The translations under genes were made by a program, and so were the position numbers. Below, in pieces: positions 28,397-37,405 of a stretch of 64,000 nt of DNA. Source of the stretch: a bacterium (GTDB lineage Bacteria > Patescibacteriota > Gracilibacteria > UBA1369 > PNNO01); assembly GCA_021158225.1 (NCBI GenBank), contig JAGGUZ010000005.1, positions 18,882-82,881 of the forward strand. Direction: 5' to 3'. The stretch's first letter is position 1; each line of letters starts with the position of its first letter. The notes below the pieces were generated by a model that had not been told where the DNA came from, ran no database searches, and was given only the letters and a program-made list of their open reading frames with translations.

Positions 28397-29473
28397 ATGG
28401 AAGATTTGGAGCTAGCCAGAAGGAAAATCGCATTGCTTGAAACAATAACATTTTTTGATATTTTCGATTTTGCTCTTACTAGTGAGGAATTATGCGATTA
28501 CATCCTCTATAAAAAATGGACTTTGACGGAATTAAGAGAGTTTACGAACCATGAACAATTTATAGTCAATCTTCATAGATATGTGTATCTTAGGGGGCGT
28601 TCTCTAATTGTTAAAGCCAGAAAACACAAGGAACATCAGGCTCGTCAATTAATTAAAAAAGCAAAAAAATATGTGAAATTTATGCAAATGCTTCCGTTCG
28701 TAAGGATGGTATCTATATGCAACAATCTGTCCTTCTACAGTGCGGAGCGAGAAAGCGACATAGATCTGTTTATTATAACTGAGAAAAAAAGATTATTCTT
28801 CGCAAGAAGTATGGTTTGGTTGTATACTCAGCTACTTGGCGTTAGAAGACATGGAAGAAAAACAAAAGGAAGATTCTGCTTGACGTTTTTTGTGTCTGAA
28901 GATTCTATGAATTTGGAAAATATTAAGCATGAAAAAGATATCTATTTTGTCTTTTGGCTACGACTTATGAGACCGCTTATAGGGCAAAAAATATATAGAA
29001 AGTTCATATCAAAAAACAAATGGATTAATAAGTATTTTGATTACGAAATTGATCAAAAAAAACATCTTTTACCTGAATCAAAATCTTTAAAAAAAGTACA
29101 AGCCGGACTTGAATTTATTTTTAAAGGTTATTTTGGAGATATAATTGAATACATATTGAAAAAATGGCAAATAAAAAGAAGCAAAAAGAAAGCTACAAAA
29201 CTTAAAAACCAAGATGGGATTATTATTACGGATACGGTTTTAAAATTTCATAATGATGATATGCGTGATAGGTATCAGCTATTATGGGAACATAGACTTA
29301 AGCAATTTGAACAATTTATCGTTTCCCCTCTTCCTTTCGATTACGATAAACAATTTTTACCGCCGTACCATCAAAGCCGAACTCTTTTCGGAGTTCGTTC
29401 TCCACATAACGACGATAAGAAAAATGAAACGATCTCGCCGAATTTACAAAAAGAACAAACTCCGGCGGATTAA
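28397..29473 (+). CDS. hypothetical protein, possible nucleotidyltransferase-fold core
   Basis: 358-aa ORF. The segment SICNNLSFYSAERESDIDLFII resembles a pol-beta-type NTase motif (weak). Its last 158 nt overlap the der 3' end, so the true C-terminus is uncertain. Confidence 0.45.
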   Translation: MEDLELARRKIALLETITFFDIFDFALTSEELCDYILYKKWTLTELREFTNHEQFIVNLHRYVYLRGRSLIVKARKHKEHQARQLIKKAKKYVKFMQMLPFVRMVSICNNLSFYSAERESDIDLFIITEKKRLFFARSMVWLYTQLLGVRRHGRKTKGRFCLTFFVSEDSMNLENIKHEKDIYFVFWLRLMRPLIGQKIYRKFISKNKWINKYFDYEIDQKKHLLPESKSLKKVQAGLEFIFKGYFGDIIEYILKKWQIKRSKKKATKLKNQDGIIITDTVLKFHNDDMRDRYQLLWEHRLKQFEQFIVSPLPFDYDKQFLPPYHQSRTLFGVRSPHNDDKKNETISPNLQKEQTPAD

Positions 29474-30662
29474 TGCCGGACTGCGTAACATACAGTATCT
29501 TCGGTTTTATTTGTTTTGTTCCTGACGGAACATGCTTGTAGATGATTTTTTTTATAAACGAGTTAAGTCTGCCTGTTGAAATTCTTTTTCTTCTTTCATC
29601 TATTATTTTCTTTGAAAGATCAAATATTTTACGAATATTTTTTCGCTTGAGTGCAGAAACAACAACAAGAGGTGCCCAAGGAAGAAATACGAATTTTCTC
29701 TGAATCATTGAAATATATCTGTCTCTTTGACTTTCGTCTTCGGCAAGATCAATTTTATTGATTACAAGAATAACACCTTTTTTAGCTTCTAAAATGAATT
29801 CAGCAATATGCATATCTTGTTTAGACAGTTTTTCACCGAAGTCTATTATTAAAAGAGCAATATCACTTTGATCCAGTGCGTGAAAGCATCTTAAACTGCT
29901 GAATTTTTCTATTCCTCTCTCAATTTTGCCTCTTTTTCGCAATCCGGCAGTATCGATTAAAGAAAACTTTGTATCTTCATAAACAATATGAGTGTGAGTT
30001 GCATCTCTTGTTGTTCCCGGAATGTCCGATACAATTACTCTATTTTGCCCAAGAAGTGCATTTACCAAAGAAGATTTCCCAACATTAGGTTTCCCGAGGA
30101 AACAAATTTTAATCTCATCGGATTTTTCAGCTTCTTCTTCCTCTTTTTCCCCTTCTTTGAATCCAAGAGATTTTAAAGATTTAGCTGTTGATTGAAACAA
30201 GTTATCTATACCGGAATTATGAATTGCGGAAACTTCCAAAGGTTTTCCAAATCCAAGTTTGTACAGCTCAACAATTCCTTCTTCAGATTCTTTACTGTCG
30301 CATTTATTTGCAATTAGAATAAGTGTTTTTTTTGATTTTCTTAAAATATCAGCAGCATTGTAATCGTCAACGGTTAAAGGTTGGCTTGCATCCAGTACAA
30401 AATAAATAATGTCAGCTTCTTGGATTGCAAGCTCGGCTTGAGCTTGGATATCGGCTTCTATACTTTCCTTTTTCCCATATTCAAGTCCTCCTGTATCAAC
30501 CAGTGTAACATTGTAGTCTTCCATTAATACATCTTGATAAATCCTATCGCGAGTTGTTCCGGCCTTTGTTGCTATAACAGCAAGACGTTTTTTTATCAAA
30601 CGATTGAACAATGTTGATTTACCGACATTCGGTCTTCCTATTATGGCTATAAGTGGCGTCAT
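29316..30662 (-). CDS. der: ribosome-associated GTPase Der/EngA
   Basis: Tandem GTPase domains (GRPNVGKST and GKPNVGKSS G1 motifs) plus a KH-like C-terminal domain. Confidence 0.95.
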   Translation of the reverse strand: MTPLIAIIGRPNVGKSTLFNRLIKKRLAVIATKAGTTRDRIYQDVLMEDYNVTLVDTGGLEYGKKESIEADIQAQAELAIQEADIIYFVLDASQPLTVDDYNAADILRKSKKTLILIANKCDSKESEEGIVELYKLGFGKPLEVSAIHNSGIDNLFQSTAKSLKSLGFKEGEKEEEEAEKSDEIKICFLGKPNVGKSSLVNALLGQNRVIVSDIPGTTRDATHTHIVYEDTKFSLIDTAGLRKRGKIERGIEKFSSLRCFHALDQSDIALLIIDFGEKLSKQDMHIAEFILEAKKGVILVINKIDLAEDESQRDRYISMIQRKFVFLPWAPLVVVSALKRKNIRKIFDLSKKIIDERRKRISTGRLNSFIKKIIYKHVPSGTKQIKPKILYVTQSGINPPEFVLFVNSARSFHFSYRRYVENELRKEFGFDGTAVKIVYRNRKEEGKR

Positions 30663-30784
30663 GTGATTTGCTTAAGCTTAAAGTATTCTAAAGTAAAAGC
30701 TTGATAATTGAAACAAATATTTTTTATGTGATGGTCTATAATTCATGATATAATTATTTATGTCATGAAATTAATTGCGTTTAA

Positions 30785-31294
30785 ATGAAAAAATTATTAG
30801 CCATTTTTACAGTTTTTATTGTTATTGGCAGTATCTTTAGCTTGTCTGTTATGGAAACTGTAAATGCACAGGATCCTCCCAGTAAAAGAAGTATTGGTAC
30901 GACTATACTTCCCGAGGGAGACAAGATATCAAAGGAAGAATGCACAAAAAAACTTCTTGATTTAGATAAACAGGAAGATCCGGTAAAAGCGTTTAAAAAG
31001 GAAGAACCTTCAGAGCGCGATACAATACTGGCTTGCTCCATAAAAACAGGCAGAATTCATTTTTGGATGATTCCCTATTTTATTGTTTATATAATAGAAT
31101 TTCTAACAGGTATAGCAGGATTAATTGCAATTCTATTTATTGTGATTGGAGGATATCAACTTGTAATTTCCGGAGCCAATGACAGTCTAAAAGATTCCGC
31201 TAAAAACACAATTAAAAATGCATTAACGGGGCTTGTCCTTACACTTATTGCCTGGACAGTTGTAAATTTGATTCAATATATAGTAACGATTTAA
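30785..31294 (+). CDS. VirB2/TrbC-like type IV secretion pilin-like protein
   Basis: 169 aa. Signal peptide, ~60-aa charged region, then two TM helices joined by a short polar loop (IPYFIVYIIEFLTGIAGLIAILFIVIGGYQLVISGAND...NALTGLVLTLIAWTVVNLIQYI). This is the layout of the T4SS-pilin family common in CPR genomes. Confidence 0.6.
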   Translation: MKKLLAIFTVFIVIGSIFSLSVMETVNAQDPPSKRSIGTTILPEGDKISKEECTKKLLDLDKQEDPVKAFKKEEPSERDTILACSIKTGRIHFWMIPYFIVYIIEFLTGIAGLIAILFIVIGGYQLVISGANDSLKDSAKNTIKNALTGLVLTLIAWTVVNLIQYIVTI

Positions 31295-31474
31295 AAAATA
31301 GTATCACTATTTCTATCTAAGTTGATTACATTTACTCCAGAGTCTGTTTCCTTTTGGAATTCATAAAAACCTATATCGTACGCCGACCACTGAGCTCAAA
31401 AAAGCTGTTACTCCTTCACCAATTAGAAGTTTTTTCTTCATTTTGTTTCTATTTTTAAAGTTTTCTTCTTAAAA

Positions 31475-32593
31475 CTAGCTTAGTTTCTTATTCCACTCCA
31501 AATATTTATCTTCTATATACTTATATAATTTTTCTTCAAAAATCTCGCTACTGAATTTTTTAGCATGATTCCTTATTTTCTTACTATCCCAATCCGTCTT
31601 TTCGCATTTCTCAATGGCTGCTTTTAAGTGTGGGATATTTTGCTCTTCAAAAAAGATTCCAGTTTTCTTCTCCACAACTGTTTCAAGTGCACCTCCTTTA
31701 TTAAAAGCAACAACAGGTCTTCCACTTGACATGGATTCCAAAGGAGTAATACCAAAATCTTCGATTTGCGGAAAAATAAATCCTTTAGCATTCGCATATA
31801 GATCTTTTAACTTTTCTTCGGACACAAAACCGAGAAATTCTATATTTGATTTTGCTTTAGCTTTTAGCTCTTTTTCCTGCACACCTGTTCCAACAATTTT
31901 TATTTTGTATGGAAGTTCGTTAAATGTATCAACGATTAAATCGAATTTTTTATAAGGAGTAAATCTTCCAACCGCAAGATAATAATCTTTTTTACCTTTA
32001 GAAATGTAAAAATCTTGCACATTTACCATTGGATAAATAACATCGGCTTCTCGTTTATAGTATTTTTTTATGCGTTTTTTAACATAATTTGAATTCGTCA
32101 AAAAATAATCCACTCTATCCGCCGCCAATCTATCCCACATCCTTATTTTATGAATAAGTTTTGGAATAAAACTTCTCGCTATCCATGGCATTTTATAATT
32201 TCTTATATATTCATGTGAATTATCCCATGCATATCTCATTGGAGAATGGCAATAAGATATATGCAATGTCTCCGGTTTGGTAATAACTCCTTTGGCCGCA
32301 GAATGTGCACTTGAAAGCACTATGTCGTAACCGCTTAAATCGAATTGTTCAAATGCAATTGGATAAAAACTCAAATACCATTGATGTTTGTTTTTTGCTC
32401 TTGGAAAATGCTGAATAAACGAAGTATGTACAACAGCATTTTCAAACGCCTTCATTTTCTCCGAATTGAAAATTGAAGTATAAATCGGCGCATCAGGAAA
32501 CATCTTATGCATTTTATAAATAACTCGCTCCGCACCTGCAAAATTAGTTAACCAATCGCATACTATTGCCACTTTTAATTTTTTCACATCCAT
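31475..32593 (-). CDS. family 4 (GT-B) glycosyltransferase
   Basis: 372 aa with the C-terminal GT4 signature (FIFPQIEDFGITPLESMSSGRPVVAFNKGGALETV). Confidence 0.85.
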   Translation of the reverse strand: MDVKKLKVAIVCDWLTNFAGAERVIYKMHKMFPDAPIYTSIFNSEKMKAFENAVVHTSFIQHFPRAKNKHQWYLSFYPIAFEQFDLSGYDIVLSSAHSAAKGVITKPETLHISYCHSPMRYAWDNSHEYIRNYKMPWIARSFIPKLIHKIRMWDRLAADRVDYFLTNSNYVKKRIKKYYKREADVIYPMVNVQDFYISKGKKDYYLAVGRFTPYKKFDLIVDTFNELPYKIKIVGTGVQEKELKAKAKSNIEFLGFVSEEKLKDLYANAKGFIFPQIEDFGITPLESMSSGRPVVAFNKGGALETVVEKKTGIFFEEQNIPHLKAAIEKCEKTDWDSKKIRNHAKKFSSEIFEEKLYKYIEDKYLEWNKKLS

Positions 32594-32661
32594 ATCGAAT
32601 ACTTAAAAACGCCTTCTTATAATAAGAAGAAATTGTATTAGAGTAAAGTAAATACTAAAAG

Positions 32662-33855
32662 TTAAACATTTATTTTAAATGTTTCTTCGTCTTCCTTCTT
32701 TTTATCTTCAATAAATCTAAACAATTTTTCTTTCTTTTCTTTCGTTAGTTTTTTTTGTTCAACTTCTTTTTTCCTTCTATAATAATCAATTGTATTTTTT
32801 TCTTGTTCTCCTCTCTTTTTAGAGAAGATTGTAGTTAGAATCTTTCTGTAAGGATTGTTCGGATCAAGTTTATCCATTGCTTTTGCTTTGAAAAGTTTAA
32901 CAACATTGTTATCCGGATCTCTTTCCAGAAGTCTTTCACAAATATGCATTACGTCAACATATTTTTTTTGCTCAAACCACATACCTACAAGTTGCAAAAC
33001 CACATCGGTATCTTTTTTAGCCATACTGGAAGATTTCTTTTTCGATATATCCGTTAACAATATTAAATTCCCCGCTTTCCTGTTAAGCAAGTATTTAAGA
33101 TAAGCATAACCTAGAATTACAAGTAAAATAACCGGAAGAATTTGATTCATTTGGAGCATGTAATCAAATGTTGCGTGAAGAATAATCGCGATTAAAAGTC
33201 CTTCAAGTATTTTGTACTCTTTAAATGCTTGTGCATAAGGTATCTTAAATGTGTTCCTTATCAAATGAACCCATAAGTATACTTTCCCTTCCCAGTGCCT
33301 GTCTTTGCTTATATCGAGTGAAAACTTTGCTATACCAAAGAAATATCCGAAAATTCCGGAAAACAACATATGCGCACAAGCAGTGAAAATCGATCTGAAT
33401 AAAAATGTTACAACAACTTCTTGAATCGGAGCTACGATAATTACAGTTTTGAAATAAATTATATTTTCCGCAAAAGCAAAACCCAAAGCTGCTACCAAAC
33501 TAAATTTAATAGAATCATTTATTGTTTGAATAAGAACTGTTTTGGAATCTATATAGCGAAGCATCATTTGTTTAACAAGCTCTTCCATTATTCCAACCAT
33601 TATAAACAGCCCTGCATAATAATATGTTGGATCTGAAATATTATTTTTTATCCACAAAAATGGGTCTATTCCCGGAACAATCAACCATATATATTGAATT
33701 ATAAATACTGTTATTACAGCCAAAATGCCCCCGGAGAATATAAGCGCAAGCATTTTTTTATCACTTTTTTTACCGCTAAAAATAATATACAGCCATATAA
33801 CGGCTGGTATAACTGCAAGAACCCCGCTAATTACCCACAACATTATAATATTCAT
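32662..33855 (-). CDS. PrsW-family intramembrane metalloprotease with a C-terminal TPR-like / K-E-rich cytoplasmic extension
   Basis: Polytopic protein with PrsW hallmarks MEELVKQ (EExxK) and LHATFDY (HxxxD). The tail contains CERLLERDPDNNVVKLFKAKAMDKLDPNNPY. Confidence 0.7.
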   Translation of the reverse strand: MNIIMLWVISGVLAVIPAVIWLYIIFSGKKSDKKMLALIFSGGILAVITVFIIQYIWLIVPGIDPFLWIKNNISDPTYYYAGLFIMVGIMEELVKQMMLRYIDSKTVLIQTINDSIKFSLVAALGFAFAENIIYFKTVIIVAPIQEVVVTFLFRSIFTACAHMLFSGIFGYFFGIAKFSLDISKDRHWEGKVYLWVHLIRNTFKIPYAQAFKEYKILEGLLIAIILHATFDYMLQMNQILPVILLVILGYAYLKYLLNRKAGNLILLTDISKKKSSSMAKKDTDVVLQLVGMWFEQKKYVDVMHICERLLERDPDNNVVKLFKAKAMDKLDPNNPYRKILTTIFSKKRGEQEKNTIDYYRRKKEVEQKKLTKEKKEKLFRFIEDKKKEDEETFKINV

Positions 33856-33861
33856 ATTATT

Positions 33862-34245
33862 TTAAGAGGCTGGATGAGAAATAGCAAATTTAGCCTCATC
33901 AATTGTGGGAAATGTCTTAATCAATTGAGTAAGACCTACCACCTGAAGTATATCCAAAATATTCGGTCTTGTTTGCGCAATAACAATTTTTCCACCGTTT
34001 TCATAAACTTTTCCGTACCAATCTGTAAGATATCCAATTGATTTACTGTTCATATATTCGAGTTCCGAAAAATCAAAAATCAAATTCAGATTTCTTGGCA
34101 CTTTCTCAATAAGGTCATAAATTGCCTGAGCTTTTTCGTCAACATTACTTTCATCTAGCTGACCAGTAAACTTAACGATTTTTACAGTCATATCGGGTGA
34201 TGATGACTCAATGTCTTCTATAGTTACAGTAGCTGGTGTTGCCAT
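33862..34245 (-). CDS. STAS-domain anti-sigma-factor antagonist (SpoIIAA/RsbV-like)
   Basis: 127 aa with FDFSELEYMNSKSIGYLTD, carrying the conserved phospho-acceptor Ser context (NSxxIG). Confidence 0.8.
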   Translation of the reverse strand: MATPATVTIEDIESSSPDMTVKIVKFTGQLDESNVDEKAQAIYDLIEKVPRNLNLIFDFSELEYMNSKSIGYLTDWYGKVYENGGKIVIAQTRPNILDILQVVGLTQLIKTFPTIDEAKFAISHPAS

Positions 34246-34271
34246 GATATTTGATTTGTTATTTATATAAA

Positions 34272-34841
34272 TTAGATTACTATGTGTGTTTGATCGCCGG
34301 CAAGAGATAGCCCCTGTTTAAGCTCTTGCGTCTTAACATCGTCCAGATATTTTTTCACTCTAACCATTATTCCTCCTCCTGGTTTATCTGTAAAGGTTAA
34401 TTCGTCAGTCCACTCTTTTACGATTTTAGGCAAACCTCTTCCTCTTATTTCATGTATAACCGCACCTTCTTTAGATCTTTCATCTACTAATTTTTGAATT
34501 TCCGTAGCTTTCATTTGTTTCTCCCCTGTCCCAGAATCTTCAACAATTATTTCTATACTATCTTGCGGATGATTAATAAATGTAATTTTTATTTCTTCTC
34601 CAGGTTTTGATCCGTGTTCAATTGCATTATTACAAAGTTCATCTACAACCGATTGGAATCTGTATGCCCATTGTTCCGAAAAATTAGAACTGTTTCTTAT
34701 TAGAGAAAGTGTAAAATCACGAATACCGGACATAAAATATGCGTGAGTTGGAAGAGTGATAGTAATTTTTATCGGCTCTTTTTTGTTATCTTTTAGTGCT
34801 GTTGCGATGTCGTTCATAACATTGTTAGCATGTAAAAACAC
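34272..34841 (-). CDS. RsbW/SpoIIAB-like serine kinase (HATPase_c anti-sigma type)
   Basis: N-box ELCNNAIEHG, G1 VEDSGTG and G2 RGRGLP. The track start is GTG at 34841; an alternative ATG lies at 34817. Confidence 0.8.
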   Translation of the reverse strand: MFLHANNVMNDIATALKDNKKEPIKITITLPTHAYFMSGIRDFTLSLIRNSSNFSEQWAYRFQSVVDELCNNAIEHGSKPGEEIKITFINHPQDSIEIIVEDSGTGEKQMKATEIQKLVDERSKEGAVIHEIRGRGLPKIVKEWTDELTFTDKPGGGIMVRVKKYLDDVKTQELKQGLSLAGDQTHIVI

Positions 34842-34904
34842 TTTTATCGTATAATTTTACCAGTTTATCGCCGAAATGTAAACCATATTAACGGTACTAA
34901 AACA

Positions 34905-35168
34905 TTAAGATATGGATTTCTGTATACTTTTCGAACTATCGTGAACTGCGAACATGATATTTCGTATATATTTTTCTTGGGTATCATTTAAAGATAAATT
35001 TGCAGTTATTCCCTCTATAATTTCATTTTCTCTCTCCTTATCTTCGATACGAATTTTGTTTTTTCGTTTTATAACAGCAATTTCCACGATGACTTCGTAT
35101 CTTTCTAGTAGAAGTTTAACCAAATCTTTATCAATTTGATCTATCTGATTACGCAGTGATGTTAGCAT
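34905..35168 (-). CDS. AroQ-class chorismate mutase (monofunctional, 87 aa)
   Basis: LRNQIDQIDKDLVKLLLERYEVIVEIAVIKRKN...IEDKERENEI matches the CM_2 helical-bundle pattern. Confidence 0.75.
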   Translation of the reverse strand: MLTSLRNQIDQIDKDLVKLLLERYEVIVEIAVIKRKNKIRIEDKERENEIIEGITANLSLNDTQEKYIRNIMFAVHDSSKSIQKSIS

Positions 35169-35315
35169 AGACTAAAGGGTTTTTCGCTTGCAATTGCTTT
35201 GGCGTTATATTACAGTAGCGGTGCATTTAATTCCAGTCCAACTTTTAATTGTTATATCCTCCCTTGTTTGGGCCAAGTAACGAGTTTAAAAAAGCTGGAC
35301 GATAACCCTAAGGAT

Positions 35316-36008
35316 ATGTCACAGGCAGAACTAAAAGAAATGCTTGCAGCAGCAGTGCATTTTGGGCATCAAACCTACAAATGGAATCCCAAGATGAAAC
35401 GTTATTTATATGGCGTTCGTGATGGAATCCATATTTTTGATTTACAAAAAACGTTTAGCATGCAACAAAATGCATTGACTTTTCTTCAAAAAACAGTGGA
35501 AGAAGGGAAAACAATATTGTTTGTAAGTACAAAACAACAGGCTGCTTCTCTTGTAGAAGATGTAGCGAAAAAATGTAATATGCCTTATGTAACACATAAA
35601 TGGATTGGCGGGCTTCTTACCAATTTTTCTACAGTAAAAAAAAGAATTAAACATTTTCTTAATTTAATCGAAAAAGAAAATAATGGTGAATTTGAAAAAT
35701 ACACAAAGAAAGAAGCGAGTAAACTTAAGAAAGATTTAGAGAAACTGCAAATCGCATTTGGAGGGCTTAAAGAAATGAAAAAGAAACCTCACGTATTATT
35801 TGTCGTAGATTGCGTTAGAGATAACATAGCTGTAAAAGAAGCTAGAAAGCTTAAAATTCCCGTTGTAGCTATTACGGATTCCAATGCTAATCCGGACGAA
35901 ATCGATTATCCTATTCCTGGTAATGATGATGCCGTAAAGTCACTTAGATATTTTATGTCAAAAATTGAAGATGCGATTTTAAATGTTAAAAGTAAAAAAA
36001 CATCTTAA
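35316..36008 (+). CDS. rpsB: 30S ribosomal protein S2
   Basis: LKEMLAAAVHFGHQTYKWNPKMKRYLYG is the S2 N-terminus. The ATG at 35316 is preceded by AAGGA. The track start at 35199 adds a non-homologous extension. Confidence 0.95.
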   Translation: MSQAELKEMLAAAVHFGHQTYKWNPKMKRYLYGVRDGIHIFDLQKTFSMQQNALTFLQKTVEEGKTILFVSTKQQAASLVEDVAKKCNMPYVTHKWIGGLLTNFSTVKKRIKHFLNLIEKENNGEFEKYTKKEASKLKKDLEKLQIAFGGLKEMKKKPHVLFVVDCVRDNIAVKEARKLKIPVVAITDSNANPDEIDYPIPGNDDAVKSLRYFMSKIEDAILNVKSKKTS

Positions 36009-36042
36009 ATAGCAATTTTTATTTGCCTCTTAACAAGATAAT

Positions 36043-36780
36043 ATGTTTCAAGATAATCAACCACAACAACCTGTAACACCTCAATCTCAGGAACCGGAAG
36101 TCACTCAAACACCAACTACTCCAGAACCACCTCAAGCTCCTGAGAAACAAGTACCTGTAACTCCACAAAAACCTGCTACGCCTGTAGTTTCTCCTGAGAA
36201 AACAACTCAAGAGGAAAGAATGTGGGCAGCTATTGGATACATTGCTTTTTTAGGCGTTGTTTCCTTGGCTATTAAGCCAAAGAGTGCTTTTTGTAAGCAC
36301 CATGCAACCCGTGGACTTGTGATCTTTGCGTTCTGGTTTGTTAGCCTAATCCTTCTTGCAATGCCATCCTTCATAGGTGTAGTTGGTGGATTATTACTAC
36401 TTGGTTTAACAGGGCTATCTATATTTGGAATTATTAAATCTATTCAAAGTTATAAATTGGATCTTCCAGTTTTATCTTCTTTAGCTGACAAGGTGCCCGT
36501 ATCTGCTATTATTGGTTCTGTTACAGGGAAAACCCCTGAAGTTACAAAACCAAGCGAAGCGAAACCAATTGAAGCAGAAACTCAACCAACTAAAACCGAG
36601 AACACACAAGAAAATGTAGAACAAGTTGTTCCAACCACTGAGCAGATATCTCAAACTCCGAAACAATCGGAAGTTGAATCAACTCCTACAGAACAACCGG
36701 AAATTGTACAACCGAAACCTGTACAATCAGATAAACCAGCTGAAAAACAAGATCCTCCTTTAACTCCACCTCAAGTTTAA
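36043..36780 (+). CDS. membrane protein with a DUF4870-like core and P/T/Q/E-rich low-complexity tails
   Basis: 245 aa. The core is EERMWAAIGYIAFLGVV...KHHATRGLVIFAFWF plus further TM helices. Both termini are proline/threonine/glutamine repeats. It sits between rpsB and tsf. Confidence 0.6.
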   Translation: MFQDNQPQQPVTPQSQEPEVTQTPTTPEPPQAPEKQVPVTPQKPATPVVSPEKTTQEERMWAAIGYIAFLGVVSLAIKPKSAFCKHHATRGLVIFAFWFVSLILLAMPSFIGVVGGLLLLGLTGLSIFGIIKSIQSYKLDLPVLSSLADKVPVSAIIGSVTGKTPEVTKPSEAKPIEAETQPTKTENTQENVEQVVPTTEQISQTPKQSEVESTPTEQPEIVQPKPVQSDKPAEKQDPPLTPPQV

Positions 36781-36816
36781 TCATTTATATTTAGTAAAAG
36801 TTAATAATTAAAAACC

Positions 36817-37404
36817 ATGACTGTTACTGTTGAACAAATCAAACAATTACGTACTAGCACTGGCGCATCTATGATGGCTTGCAAAAAAGCTCTTGAAGAA
36901 GCTGATAGTGATACCGACAAGGCAATTGACATCCTAAGAAAAAACGGCGAAGCAAAGGCTGCCAAGAGAGCTGAAAGGGCTACCGGGCAAGGTGTGATTT
37001 CCTCTTATATACATTCGAACAATAAGCTTGGAGTACTTGTGCATTTAGGTTGTGAAACCGATTTTGTGGCAAAAAACGACGATTTTCAAGCTCTCGCCAA
37101 AGATATAGCAATGCATATCGCCGCATCTGCTCCCCTATATTTATCTCCTGACGAAGTCTCTGCTGACTTAATCGAGAAGGAAAAAGAAATATGGAAAGAA
37201 CAACTTAAGAATGAGGGCAAACCAGAAAATATATGGGATAAAATCATGGAGGGAAAAGAGAGAAAATTCAGAGAAGAATTGGCTCTACTTACTCAACCGT
37301 TTGTTAAAAACCCAGATTTGACCGTTGAAGATCTATTGAAAGAAGCTATTAATAAAATTGGTGAGAATATAAAATTAGAAAAATTTGTGAGATATTCTAT
37401 TTAA
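36817..37404 (+). CDS. tsf: translation elongation factor Ts (short form)
   Basis: UBA-like N-terminus [22 protein letters not shown], then the [12 protein letters not shown] core. Confidence 0.9.
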   Translation: MTVTVEQIKQLRTSTGASMMACKKALEEADSDTDKAIDILRKNGEAKAAKRAERATGQGVISSYIHSNNKLGVLVHLGCETDFVAKNDDFQALAKDIAMHIAASAPLYLSPDEVSADLIEKEKEIWKEQLKNEGKPENIWDKIMEGKERKFREELALLTQPFVKNPDLTVEDLLKEAINKIGENIKLEKFVRYSI

Positions 37405-37405
37405 C

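Noticed and set aside
31381-31402. tRNA-like D-arm string (minus strand AGCTCAGTGGTCGGCG) in the pilin/GT4 intergenic region.
   Set aside because: No acceptor stem, anticodon arm or TTCGA T-loop can be folded around it. It is probably coincidence or a completely decayed fragment.
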